61,644 nt of DNA, filler included, from 6 parts of 6 records of this genome joined end to end with filler, not necessarily neighbours in it; one strand, 5' to 3'; positions 8,043 through 19,171 are shown, counted from the first letter of the whole stretch. Notes: generated by a model not told the origin, from the letters alone. Numbers and translations: made by a program.

Positions 8043-11000
8043 ATGCGCTTTCTATTACTTTCAATACTGTTTTCTTTAAGTCTTATTCTCACTTCCTGCG
8101 GTGGCGGAGGTGGCGGCGGAAGCTCGAGCAATCCACAGGTTAAGGTTGCTATTGATCTTGATTTTGAGCACGGAAGGGCGGCTGAGGATGGCTTTTACGT
8201 CAGTAATACCAAAATTAACAGTGTCTCTCTTTCATATAATAATAGTGTCGGTTCCGAAGGTGTTCTGGATGTAACAGACGCAGTCAGCTCAGGTATGGTG
8301 GAAATAACTGATCTCATAGCTGATACAACTTACGAATTTATACTTGTGGCTATATCAGATGAGAATGTACAGGCTTGTACCGGCTCTGCTGAGGTTACTA
8401 TATCTCCTGATGTTACAAACGATGCAGACCTGACCTGCGTTTTCATAGATACGCTGGCTATAGAGAATTCTGTTTACGAATTTGCTACAGTCCTTAGCAG
8501 TTCAACTGTTACTGCTGATGCAATCGACAGCTTTATAGCTCAGGACTTCGGACTTTTTAACGGTCAGACGAGAGATGAGTTTATCACCGATATAGTTAGT
8601 GATACCGGTTTCGTATTTACTGAGTCGGGGATAACTCTTACTAAGGTTGATATTCAGCTTGTTGAAGAGGCGGCCGCTGTTTCAGAATCAAGACTGGTTG
8701 CGAGAGCAACAGATGGTTCTGAGGCTGACCTGTACTTTTACTTCTCTGACGGCTCTGTCTTCTCAGAGAGAGTTTGGGTTGTTAAAGAGAATGACAACTG
8801 GGTATTGACAGGTAACGATAGAAATTATGAGGCTGATATTCATTTTACCTCATATTACACTATCCCTAGCGGAGACAGTGGCTCGTCTAGCGGTGTTATA
8901 GAGTCATTCTATTCAGGGCTTGAGGTCGATTTTTACGATCCTTCTGATCTGGTTGAAAGTATAACTTTGACAGGCAGCACCCTCGGCGGGGATTACTTCT
9001 TTGAAAAATATTCCGGCTGTACTGACTGTGACAGTTTTGATCTGATATCTCCTACTCAGGCAAATATTCCATATGTTATCTCTTATGATTTTATAAACCT
9101 TTACGACTCTGCTTCCAGCACAACTGCTAGTGCTAATCCGGTTTTTAATATGGCTTCTGCCAATAGAGATGGAACAGACGACTCAGAAACTTATTCCCTT
9201 ACAGGTTCACCGGTTCCTCTTACAGAGCTTACAGAAGAACATTTTATTACCGTTTCTGATACTACAAGCACAGACTTTGTAGACTATATAGGCTCATCAT
9301 TTGAGTTTGTCTTCCAGAAGCCTACAGCTTATGATCCAGTGATGTTAGAATATTCCTTGGACATAAGTGACGGTCAAGGTAATTATGACTTTATAGAGAT
9401 GCGTATTCCGCTTACCAGCTCATCATATGCAGTGGATTTTACGCAGTTTACATCTTTCGTTCCTGTGAGCGGTACGCTGGAAATGACGGCTGCTGACAGT
9501 GAAGGAAGGCTATATACTACTGTGGTTGAACTGTATAACAGCAGTCAATCTTCGGGCGGTTCTTCTATCTCTGCGACATCTATGGTTAACATCCTTAACG
9601 CTTTTGAAACACTCTCTTCTGCGGAGCTTGCCGGAATGATTACACTAATGGCATCGAGCAGCGGATCTCCTGTGCAGGCACTTCTTACAGCTATTGCTGA
9701 CGGCAGCGAACTGGGAATGACTTCGACGACAATTGCAGAAACATACTATGACGCTCTTTCCAGAACAAATATGTATACTCCTGGCTCTGATGAATATATC
9801 GCCTATGAGGCTATTGTAGATGCTTTTGTTGAGTTGATTGCAGTGGATTCAACTGGTGCTGAGGACATTTACACACTATTTATGTCACTCTCTTCGACAT
9901 CGCTTTCCGCTTTTGTTACGGTTATAAATTCGGCAGAGGCTAATGGCTTTAATGCTTTTGCAACTTTCTTTAGTCAGGATTTGGCAACAATGATTAGTGC
10001 TATAGAATCAGCAACAGGTCAGACTGTTGATTTTGTGGACGCTACATCTGCATCATTATCATCTTTTATGACTGCAACAAATATAGATGTTGCTAATTAC
10101 TACGCAACATCAGCAAAAGTCTTCTCACAGGATGATTATCTGGTTTGTAGCTCGGTTGAACTTGCTGGGGCGGATAATGCATTGTTATATAGCAAAGATG
10201 GATCATCAAGTTACCTTTACGGCTTTGCTCATGCTGTTTCAAACAGTTCTCTGAAAAAGTGCATGAACATCCATGAGGTGCCTGATTCATCCGGTTCATA
10301 TAATGGATATATATACGTTACCGGCTACAAAACTGATTACACACCGATAATTAATTTCATTGATGATTTCGGTAACCTTATATGGTCTAAAACCTACTCT
10401 ACATCAGGTCTGACTCTGATGATGCTGGACACTGCAATAGTAGGCGAAAATGTGCTTATGCTACTTTCTGATGGGTCTAATATGTACATTGTTGAAGTTA
10501 ATACAAATGGCGCTGTTGTTAATAATAAAAAGATAGCAATCACAGATATGAGCTCAGGTAGTTACGATGCAACCCCAAGTAGACTTAAGGTTTTTCCTGA
10601 TGTTGGTATGTTTGTTATCGTCGGTTCATATATAGAGAGTTCAGCTTCTACTAACGAGGAGCCATTTCTTATTCCTGTGTCTTATACACAAGGAACTTCG
10701 AGCATTACTATGGGCACACTTACAGGTGGTTATCATGTAGAGTTTGAGGACTCTGGTAGCACTCAGATCGATGCAATATTTGAAGATATTGAACTTTTAG
10801 CAGCAGATAAAATCGCACTTGTAGGTAATGCTTATTCAGTTTACGAAGGTGATCTTTTTATATCTCTGTTGAATCTGACAACAGGTAATTTTTATCATTA
10901 TGTCTACGATAACTACAGTATGTATTCTGACCCTGCATCCCTTAACAATCTTGTTTACAGTGGCGACACCGGGGCTCTGTACATGAGTACATTTCTGTCA

Positions 11001-11408
11001 ACTACAGGGTATACGGAATTGTTTAAGTTTAATTTCGATGCGTCTAATGCGCTGGTTGTTGATAGTCAGGCTAGCTTCTATGATGCGGCGAATGATTATT
11101 ACATTGAGAATTTATACTCTGACGAATCCGGGTATATAAGTTTTGTAGGAGACTACGCTGCTAATGAGGCAGCAGAGGTTCTTGTGGGCGCTTTTAGCAG
11201 TGCTGACCTTGCGTTCGATACATCGCAAGTATCTACGGACCAATTCGCTTACACAAGTGTTTTAAGAACTCAGAGCTATGTTTATACATACTTAAATGAT
11301 ACTGATAATGCAATTGTAATAGATATTGCAAACAGTGGAATTTATATGAGTGACGAGACCTCCACTGCAACGGTTACAGAGACTGACCTGACACCAGGTC
11401 TAGACTAA
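8043..11408 (+). CDS. Large acidic Ser/Thr-rich lipoprotein, hypothetical (possibly surface-exposed)
   Basis: GGAG RBS; lipobox LTS-C then GGGGGGGSSS; 1121-aa open frame. Confidence 0.85.
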   Translation: MRFLLLSILFSLSLILTSCGGGGGGGSSSNPQVKVAIDLDFEHGRAAEDGFYVSNTKINSVSLSYNNSVGSEGVLDVTDAVSSGMVEITDLIADTTYEFILVAISDENVQACTGSAEVTISPDVTNDADLTCVFIDTLAIENSVYEFATVLSSSTVTADAIDSFIAQDFGLFNGQTRDEFITDIVSDTGFVFTESGITLTKVDIQLVEEAAAVSESRLVARATDGSEADLYFYFSDGSVFSERVWVVKENDNWVLTGNDRNYEADIHFTSYYTIPSGDSGSSSGVIESFYSGLEVDFYDPSDLVESITLTGSTLGGDYFFEKYSGCTDCDSFDLISPTQANIPYVISYDFINLYDSASSTTASANPVFNMASANRDGTDDSETYSLTGSPVPLTELTEEHFITVSDTTSTDFVDYIGSSFEFVFQKPTAYDPVMLEYSLDISDGQGNYDFIEMRIPLTSSSYAVDFTQFTSFVPVSGTLEMTAADSEGRLYTTVVELYNSSQSSGGSSISATSMVNILNAFETLSSAELAGMITLMASSSGSPVQALLTAIADGSELGMTSTTIAETYYDALSRTNMYTPGSDEYIAYEAIVDAFVELIAVDSTGAEDIYTLFMSLSSTSLSAFVTVINSAEANGFNAFATFFSQDLATMISAIESATGQTVDFVDATSASLSSFMTATNIDVANYYATSAKVFSQDDYLVCSSVELAGADNALLYSKDGSSSYLYGFAHAVSNSSLKKCMNIHEVPDSSGSYNGYIYVTGYKTDYTPIINFIDDFGNLIWSKTYSTSGLTLMMLDTAIVGENVLMLLSDGSNMYIVEVNTNGAVVNNKKIAITDMSSGSYDATPSRLKVFPDVGMFVIVGSYIESSASTNEEPFLIPVSYTQGTSSITMGTLTGGYHVEFEDSGSTQIDAIFEDIELLAADKIALVGNAYSVYEGDLFISLLNLTTGNFYHYVYDNYSMYSDPASLNNLVYSGDTGALYMSTFLSTTGYTELFKFNFDASNALVVDSQASFYDAANDYYIENLYSDESGYISFVGDYAANEAAEVLVGAFSSADLAFDTSQVSTDQFAYTSVLRTQSYVYTYLNDTDNAIVIDIANSGIYMSDETSTATVTETDLTPGLD

Positions 11409-11548
11409 TTGTTAAGATTAGTTTACTAGATTTAACAGGTTTTGCAAATATTTGACATAAGCTTAAAACGATTTGTGCTAATCTTTGGATACGAAAGTGA
11501 AGGGTGGCGAGAGTTAACCCTCATAAGTGTGGTCATCAGGAGAATATT

Positions 11549-11761
11549 ATGCCTAAAATGTCATTCAAATGTAAAGAGTGTGGTGAGAAGATTATCGTTA
11601 AGGAACCAGGTGTTTGCAAGTGCGATAAGTGCAACTCACTCTACAAATGCTTTTTTGAAGTTAAAAAAAAAAGTAAAGAAGAGTTAGTTTCTCAGCCAAT
11701 CGAAAAACCTGCTGCTAAAAACGCTATAATGAAATTTTATAGAGGTCATAAGAGCGCGTAA
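11549..11761 (+). CDS. Small zinc-ribbon-like protein
   Basis: AGGAG RBS before ATG 11549; CKEC...CKCDKC; 3' end overlaps the convergent gene by 38 nt. Confidence 0.65.
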   Translation: MPKMSFKCKECGEKIIVKEPGVCKCDKCNSLYKCFFEVKKKSKEELVSQPIEKPAAKNAIMKFYRGHKSA

Positions 11762-12455
11762 GTTCTGTTCCTGACTCTATCCAATTCTCAGGTGTGATAT
11801 CCGTTTCAGGGTATATATGTGTCAGTAAAATTTTATCAATCGACGCTATCCTTGCAATCTTTTCAATGTCATTAGTTGACATATGACCTTTGTTTTTCTT
11901 TTCGCTCCCACTACCGCATTCAGCAATGAGCAAGTCAGAATTTTCCACCAGATCAATCAAACCGTCAAAAAACTCAGTGTCTCCGGTGTATACTATTTTT
12001 TTATCTTCTGATTTTAATATCACTCCAGTGCTATTTTCGCTGTGTACTGTTTCGAAAATTTCCCAATCTACACCATCAAAATTACCAGCCTTATCTTCGC
12101 AGATAACTAGCTCGGTATCAGGCTCAAGCCAGTGCCCCATAATGTCTTTAAAAGATTTTATCCAATCAGAAAGTCCTTTGAATCCGAATATGAAAAGTGA
12201 CTCTTTTGGAGAGTAGTTAATATTTTTCAGGGCGAATAAAAGGTGGATAAGCCCCATAAAATGATCAGGGTGCCTGTGGGAAATATATATCGCATCGATC
12301 TCGTCAGCACGTACACCAGCTTTCTCCATCCTGTCTAAGAGGTAGAAGCCTGCATCCAGAAGAATCTTTTTACCGCTGGTTTCAATTAGAAAAGATGCTG
12401 ATGCGCGCCCTTCAAACTGGACAGCACTTCCGCTTCCGAGAACCGTCACGTCCAT
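11724..12455 (-). CDS. MBL-fold metallo-hydrolase (RNase Z-like)
   Basis: VTVLGSGS, SHRHPDH metal motif, YTGDT, GHMS, LTHIYP. Confidence 0.92.
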   Translation of the reverse strand: MDVTVLGSGSAVQFEGRASASFLIETSGKKILLDAGFYLLDRMEKAGVRADEIDAIYISHRHPDHFMGLIHLLFALKNINYSPKESLFIFGFKGLSDWIKSFKDIMGHWLEPDTELVICEDKAGNFDGVDWEIFETVHSENSTGVILKSEDKKIVYTGDTEFFDGLIDLVENSDLLIAECGSGSEKKNKGHMSTNDIEKIARIASIDKILLTHIYPETDITPENWIESGTELTRSYDLYKISL

Positions 12456-12457
12456 AG

Positions 12458-13270
12458 TTAAAAAGGAACCTCATTAAGTATAGCACCAAGTTTGCTTACA
12501 GCTTTCTGAACCTTTTGCTCTTTCATAATTTCTTCTTTATCTTTCATAACCTCTTTGAAATCATCTCCGAGTGTCTTTTTCAGTTCATCAGCAATGTCAG
12601 TAATCTGCTTAGGCTTGTCTGGTCTGGCCATGATAAGTTTGAGCTGGTCGGTATGATCTTTCATTTCAGGGATCATTTTTTTGATAGAATTTACAAATGA
12701 ATCTGTAGCAGTAACCACTTTTCTGGAGGTGTTAGCCTCAGACATCTTAGCAACATATCTTTTAGAAAGCTGGAGGAATTCGTCCATTATTCTGATGATG
12801 CTATCTCTTGTTTCCTCAGGAGTTTCAGTTGTTTCAGAGATGATCTTTGTTGCAATGTTGTCCATGCTGCCTGCTATGGTTTTAGAAACCTCAGCTGCAA
12901 CGTCACCGCCGAACTGGTTGACTCCGAATAGCGGATTGTTTCCAACAACGATATCAAGCTGGGCAAAAGCCTCCATGAAGTCTGGTTCCGCCATATATGC
13001 GCCCATTTTACCGTAAAACTTAGTGACTTCTTTACCAAGCAGGTCGCCGATACGATTGCTTATAGCGTCGAGATCTTTGTCAGATTTGGCTCTTGCGCAG
13101 TAGTCTTCTGCAATCTCTTCAAGGTCTTCGTACTGATTCCGGATAGCGTCTTTGCACCTGTTGATAGCTTTGATGAATTCAGCTTTGCTCTCTGCTTTAG
13201 ATAGGTCTTCTATATAATTTTCTGCAAATTTAAGTTGTTCCTGCATTACTTTCAGTGTTTTTTCGCTCAT
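12458..13270 (-). CDS. Hypothetical helical protein
   Basis: GAGG RBS; 270-aa charged ORF directly upstream of the MBL gene. Confidence 0.75.
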   Translation of the reverse strand: MSEKTLKVMQEQLKFAENYIEDLSKAESKAEFIKAINRCKDAIRNQYEDLEEIAEDYCARAKSDKDLDAISNRIGDLLGKEVTKFYGKMGAYMAEPDFMEAFAQLDIVVGNNPLFGVNQFGGDVAAEVSKTIAGSMDNIATKIISETTETPEETRDSIIRIMDEFLQLSKRYVAKMSEANTSRKVVTATDSFVNSIKKMIPEMKDHTDQLKLIMARPDKPKQITDIADELKKTLGDDFKEVMKDKEEIMKEQKVQKAVSKLGAILNEVPF

Positions 13271-13302
13271 GTTGTCCTCTTTTATCTGTTTATCAGGAGA
13301 TT

Positions 13303-14139
13303 CTAAAGGATTATTCGGTCAACCACAAGCAGAAGGAAGAAAAATGCCGCTGATAAATTCAAAATATGGAATGTAAGCCTGCTGCTCCCCTTGAAAAAGA
13401 TCATAAGGACAGCGAAAGATATCGTCAGCGTAAGGTGTATCGCAGAAGATAGAAAGTTCAAGTATATACCGCTCGCAGTCACAAGCAACAGGGCACAAAA
13501 ATATGATACCAGCCATATCGCTATAAATGCGATCTCTTTCCTTTCTCCATACTCTGATGCGAGAGTTTTAAAGCCTGCTCTGTTATAGTCTTTGCAGTAT
13601 CTTATGGTTAGCAGAGCGAAATGCGGAGTTTGCCAGAGGTAAAGCACTCCTGCAATTATTATTATGCTGGAATAAAATGGGTAACCGCCCATAAGCGCAT
13701 ATCCCATAATAGGTGGTACTGAACCTGTCACAGATCCGATCAGCAGAGCGAAAGGTGTCGCCGGTTTTAGCGGAGTGTACATAAGGTTATAGATAAGCAT
13801 TATAAATGGGATGAATAGCAGGTTTTCATAACTGCTTGTTGCTACAATCAGCACTCCCGATAAGGCTATCAGCAAGAGAGCAAATATCATAGCTGATGTA
13901 GTTTTCATTTTATCCGCTGCGAGTGGTCTGTCAGATGTTCTCGACATGAGGATATCGCGCTCTTTCTCCTGAACCTGATTAAGAGCGGAGCATCCGGCAG
14001 AAAGAAGTATTACTGCGGTCACAGCGAGAAAATGTTTGATGCCTAGGTTTACACTAAAAAGGCAGGCCCCCGCAAAAGCTGAGAGGCCTACCATAAGTGA
14101 AACTTTCGGTCGGGTTAGCTGAATAAAGTTATTCATCAA
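13303..14139 (-). CDS. ctaB: Protoheme IX farnesyltransferase (heme o synthase)
   Basis: LNQVQEKERDILMSRTSDRPL, YTPLK, LWQTPHF motifs; last gene of the cox operon. Confidence 0.93.
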   Translation of the reverse strand: MMNNFIQLTRPKVSLMVGLSAFAGACLFSVNLGIKHFLAVTAVILLSAGCSALNQVQEKERDILMSRTSDRPLAADKMKTTSAMIFALLLIALSGVLIVATSSYENLLFIPFIMLIYNLMYTPLKPATPFALLIGSVTGSVPPIMGYALMGGYPFYSSIIIIAGVLYLWQTPHFALLTIRYCKDYNRAGFKTLASEYGERKEIAFIAIWLVSYFCALLLVTASGIYLNFLSSAIHLTLTISFAVLMIFFKGSSRLTFHILNLSAAFFFLLLVVDRIIL

Positions 14140-15347
14140 TCCCTAAGTGTGTTGAAATACTCTAAAAGAGCCTTGATCTGGTCGTCATCAAGGTAGTCGT
14201 ATGCCGGCATTGAATTGTCGTAGCCGTCTACGATATACTCCTCAGGGCTAACGATGGAGCTGATGATGTATCTGGTGTCAGCCTTTAGCTGAACTTCCTT
14301 GCCGTCTTTAACAGCGGAAACATCTCTGTCCATCATGTTTTTAAAGCTAGGTCCTACAAGCTCGCTTCCATCTGTCGAGTGACAGCCTGTACAGCCTTCA
14401 TTCTCAGCTATAACAGCACCTTCTTCACCAGGTTTTGCTTCCGGTGAGCCGCCTTTGAAAAACTGCATAAGTGCTTCAAGCTCCTCGTCCGGTATTTCTC
14501 CTTCGTAAGCAGGCATCATCTCTTCGTAGTTTTTCACTATGTTAGCGGAAGGGTCAAGGATAGCTTCCTTTATGTAAGCCTCGTCAGCCATGATAGTCTT
14601 CTCAGTGCCGTCAGGCATGACAATAACAGTTTCACGCTCATAGATATCTTTAAGCGTAGGTCCCAGAACTTCTGTCCCGTCTACTGAGTGACAGTCGAGA
14701 CAGCCGTGTTTATCTAAGATCGCTATTGCTTCCGGCTCACCGGAATTCTCCTTCTGCTCATCAGATGAAACCCAAGCCTCATACTCGTCTTCCGGCAGTA
14801 CAACCACTTTAGAGAGCATAAAAGCGTGGCGAACACCGCAGTATTCCGCACAGAGTATCTCATACTCGGCAGGCTTTCCTGCGTTAAACCAGACATATGT
14901 GCTCATGCCTGGTACGGTGTCCATCTTAATGCGGTAAGCAGGAACATAGAAGCTGTGTATAACGTCTACTGAGGTCATGTTAAGCTTAACCGGCTTATTA
15001 GCTGGAACGTAAAGCTCTTTGCTTGTTTTGCCGTTAGGATACTCGAATTTCCACGACCACATCCTTGCCGTAACGTCCACTTCCATAGAATCAGCGGGAG
15101 CATTACGAAGGGCTTTATAGCCTGACCAGCCGAACCAGAACATAGCGAGAACTATGATAGTCGGGATGACAGTCCATGTGAATTCCGCCCAGAAGTTACC
15201 GTGGATATCAGCAGCCACCGGGTGTTTTTTGTGGTGGTATTTATACAGAAAATATACAGCCACAGCGGTTATGAGGATCATTATTATAAATGAAACTCCG
15301 AATATAAATTGAAATGCGAAGTCGATTTTGCTAATTGTATCTAACAT
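14136..15347 (-). CDS. coxB: Cytochrome c oxidase subunit II with two fused cytochrome c domains
   Basis: DVIHSF and CAEYCGVRHAFM CuA ligands; C-terminal CLDCH and CTGCH; start set at MLDTISK. Confidence 0.96.
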   Translation of the reverse strand: MLDTISKIDFAFQFIFGVSFIIMILITAVAVYFLYKYHHKKHPVAADIHGNFWAEFTWTVIPTIIVLAMFWFGWSGYKALRNAPADSMEVDVTARMWSWKFEYPNGKTSKELYVPANKPVKLNMTSVDVIHSFYVPAYRIKMDTVPGMSTYVWFNAGKPAEYEILCAEYCGVRHAFMLSKVVVLPEDEYEAWVSSDEQKENSGEPEAIAILDKHGCLDCHSVDGTEVLGPTLKDIYERETVIVMPDGTEKTIMADEAYIKEAILDPSANIVKNYEEMMPAYEGEIPDEELEALMQFFKGGSPEAKPGEEGAVIAENEGCTGCHSTDGSELVGPSFKNMMDRDVSAVKDGKEVQLKADTRYIISSIVSPEEYIVDGYDNSMPAYDYLDDDQIKALLEYFNTLRD

Positions 15348-15348
15348 T

Positions 15349-15642
15349 TCACACCGCCGGTCTGAATGCGACATCGAAAAAGGTCATGCCTATAAATATC
15401 GCAAGTATTAGAAAGCATAGAAACACGAAAACTTTAAGCATTTTGTACTCATATTTCAGATGCATGAAAAACATTATTACAAAGAGCGACTTAGTAGTAG
15501 CAATTGTAAGAGCGACAACGATATTAAGGAAACCGAAGTCAAACTTTGATGAGTATACTGTCACAAATGTGAGAAAGAGGAGCATAGCAAGTACAAGGCT
15601 TGCAGTTTTAACACTCATTATATGATGTTCATTGTGTCCCAT
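15349..15642 (-). CDS. coxD: Cytochrome c oxidase subunit IV
   Basis: Three TM segments; K...V.MFFMHLKYE motif; operon position. Confidence 0.9.
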   Translation of the reverse strand: MGHNEHHIMSVKTASLVLAMLLFLTFVTVYSSKFDFGFLNIVVALTIATTKSLFVIMFFMHLKYEYKMLKVFVFLCFLILAIFIGMTFFDVAFRPAV

Positions 15643-15655
15643 TTTTGCGCCTCCT

Positions 15656-16247
<592 letters not shown>

Positions 16248-16255
<8 letters not shown>

Positions 16256-17870
16256 CTCTTTCCACCCCCTTATAGCTGTAAGGGCCTCTCTCTGTGTCCG
16301 GCTCCTTGTCAAAGTTCAGAAGCGGAGGAGGGGAAGGAGTGAACCATTCAAATGTTGCGCCGCCCCAAGGGTTACGACCGCACTTTTCACCACTCTTAAT
16401 CCCCTTATAAAGATTCCAGAACATTATGATAAGCCCGACGGCTAGTATCCATGAACCTATGGTAGAGATAAGGTGTCCCTGTGTGTATTGAGGGAGATAG
16501 TCGTAGTAGCGCCTTGGCATCCCCTGAAGACCGATGATAAACAGCGGGAAGTATAGCAGGTTGAACCCTATCATAAGGATTGCCCATGCTGTGGTTGCTA
16601 CGTTTTTGTTATACATCCTTCCGTATATTTTCGGAAACCAGAAGTGCATAGCACCAAAGAGACCAAAGCCTGTTCCGCCGAAAATCACATAATGAAAGTG
16701 ACTTACAACAAAATAGGTGTCGTGAACGTGGATGTCTGTTCCAGCGGAACCGAGCACAAGCCCTGTTAGACCGCCGATGGAAAATAGAAATATGAAACCG
16801 AGTGCATACAGCAGCGGAGGTTCGATAAAGATCGAGCCTTTATATAGTGTCGCCACCCAGTTGAAAACCTTAATTGCCGATGGTATCGCAACGATAAAAG
16901 TGAGAAGTGAGAAAACCAGAACCGCCGTGTCGCTCATCCCTGATGTAAACATGTGGTGCGCCCAAACAAGCGATCCAGCGAAAGCGATCATAAGGGAAGA
17001 TATTGCGATAGCTCTATATCCGAAGATAGGCTTCCTTGAGAATACTGGTATTATCTCACTAACCACACCCATAGCTGGCAGGATCATGATGTATACCGCA
17101 GGGTGTGAGTATATCCAGAACAGGTGCTGGTAAAGTATCGGGTCGCCGCCCTTTGCAGGGTCGAAAAGCCCAACGCCAAGGATACGCTCCGCCATAATGA
17201 GCAGAACAGTGATACCGAGTATCGGTGTAGCCAGAACCTGAATCCACGCTGTGGCGTAAAGAGACCATGAGAAGAGCGAAAGCTTCTTCCACGCAAGCCC
17301 CGGTGCACGTAGGCGGTGGATAGTTGTTATAAAGTTAAGTCCGGTAAGTATGGACGAAAAACCTAAGATAAATACAGCAAAAACAGCTGTGCTCACGTTT
17401 GTGGTGGTGAACTCGCTGAAAGGCACATAAAATGTCCAGCCTGTGTCGGGAGGTCCGTGACCTGTGAAGAGTGACAGAAGGGCAAGGAAGGTGCCTATCA
17501 TATAAAGCCACCATGAGAAGAGGTTAAGCCGTGGGAATGCCACGTCTTCCGCTCCCAGATGGATAGGCAGTATGATGTTTCCGAATGCCGCAGGGATACT
17601 AGGTATCACCACGATGAAGATCATTATCACCCCGTGCAGAGTGAATACAGCGTTGTAGGTTTGCGCCTCCATGATGGTTTTGCCCGGTGCGATAAGCTCA
17701 AGCCTGATCGCAAGCCCGAGGCAAACCCCGACGATAAACATCCCTAGCACCATATAAAGGTACATAAGACCTATACGCTTGTGGTCTGTGGATAAGATCC
17801 AGCTCATTATACCTTTGCGGTCAGAGCCGGAATCTTCGAAAAAAGTCAAGTTGGAGCCTGATTCTTGCAT
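16248..17870 (-). CDS. coxA: Cytochrome c oxidase subunit I, A2 type
   Basis: STDHKRIG, GWTFY, YSHPAVY (YS motif), VWAHHM, HDTYFVVSHFHY, GMPRRY. Confidence 0.97.
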
Positions 17871-17882
17871 GTGTAACTCCGT

Positions 17883-18800
17883 TTATTTACGTCTCTTCTT
17901 GCCGCCGAAATATAGAAAACCGGCGAAAATAAAAAGTACACTCAGGACAACAAATCCTGAGACTTTCATTACGTTAAATACATATTTCTTACCCTGTGGG
18001 TCGTAGCTGAAACAGTATGCAACGAGCTTCCGGACGGATAATCCTGTCTGCTCTTTCGATGCCTCTACAGCAGCCATAGTCAGCTCAAACGGAAGCATCT
18101 CTGTTCCATATAGATAGCGGACTATCTTTCCTGTAGGGGACACTGCCATGACAGCAACAGGGTGAGCGAAATCTACGCCACGTCTGAGGAACCTGAAACC
18201 GACTGATTCAGTGAACTTGAGTATATTTTCTCTGTCACCTGATAGGAAAATCCAAGCTTTTTCAGGTACTTGACCTTCAGCCGCCTTCATATAATTGATT
18301 TTCTTTTTAGCCGCTGTCGAAGGTGTGTCATTTTCATCGAAGCTGACTGATACGACCTGAAAGTCTTCGCCGGCGTTAAGCTTAATTTGCGGGACAACAT
18401 CAGCAAGGCTTGTCTGGAGAAAGTTGCACACATTAGGACAGCTGTAGTAAACAGGCGCAAAGATAGTCGGCTTATCAACTATCTGAGCAAGGGTTACTGT
18501 TTCACCCTTAGAGTTTTTGAAAACAGCATCAAGTGCTACTTGCTCGCCAAGTTTTTCGGTAACGCCGATTTTAGTGAGCTCTTTTTCCGAGGCTTCCTTA
18601 TGGACGTGACCTTCTTCATTCATGTCCATATCCATGTCGTCATGTTCGGAGTGGTCGTCCATATCATGATCAGCGTGTTCATCCTGCATCTCTTTACGGT
18701 CGCTGTGATTATTGTGATTCACATCATCAGCAGCGAATACAGAAGTATGCAGAGATATTGCCAAAATAATTGTCAGTAAAAAAGTAAGTCTGATTTTCAT
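17883..18800 (-). CDS. SCO-family copper chaperone with His/Met/Asp-rich insert
   Basis: CPNVC plus FAH motif; signal peptide; C-terminal TM; position in cox operon. Confidence 0.9.
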   Translation of the reverse strand: MKIRLTFLLTIILAISLHTSVFAADDVNHNNHSDRKEMQDEHADHDMDDHSEHDDMDMDMNEEGHVHKEASEKELTKIGVTEKLGEQVALDAVFKNSKGETVTLAQIVDKPTIFAPVYYSCPNVCNFLQTSLADVVPQIKLNAGEDFQVVSVSFDENDTPSTAAKKKINYMKAAEGQVPEKAWIFLSGDRENILKFTESVGFRFLRRGVDFAHPVAVMAVSPTGKIVRYLYGTEMLPFELTMAAVEASKEQTGLSVRKLVAYCFSYDPQGKKYVFNVMKVSGFVVLSVLFIFAGFLYFGGKKRRK

Positions 18801-18806
18801 GATTTA

Positions 18807-19112
18807 TCAGAATTTAGATATATGTTCTGCCAGAGCCTCTATGTCTGCAGTAGAAAGTCTCTTCGCCTGGCCTTCCATCAGACGCTTTTTAGCACCGCCG
18901 TAATTTTTATCCTTATAACCTTGCAGTTTTTTGATAATGTCACTTTTAGATTGACCTTTAATCACTGCACTATCAGCTCCGTGCGGAACTTTTGCCCCAT
19001 CTGCCCCGTGACAGCCTTTGCATTTTTTGTAGAGAGCCTCGCCGTCGGAAGATGCTATAGCGAGCATTGAAACAGAAATGAGAAAAGTTAAAACGATAAT
19101 TAATTTTTTCAT
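18807..19112 (-). CDS. Monoheme cytochrome c553-type protein
   Basis: Signal peptide, GEALYKKCKGCHGADG, distal Met in LMEGQAK. Confidence 0.93.
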   Translation of the reverse strand: MKKLIIVLTFLISVSMLAIASSDGEALYKKCKGCHGADGAKVPHGADSAVIKGQSKSDIIKKLQGYKDKNYGGAKKRLMEGQAKRLSTADIEALAEHISKF

Positions 19113-19122
19113 GGGTCACCTC

Positions 19123-19171
19123 AATTGAATATACTATATACAATTATTGCCTTCTAAATACATATCGTCAA
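19123..19171 (-). promoter_or_regulatory. sigma70 promoter with overlapping palindromic operator for the c553-cox operon
   Basis: Minus strand TTGACG-N17-AATAAT (19171-19143); palindrome AATTGAATATACTATATACAATT (19123-19145). Confidence 0.55.
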
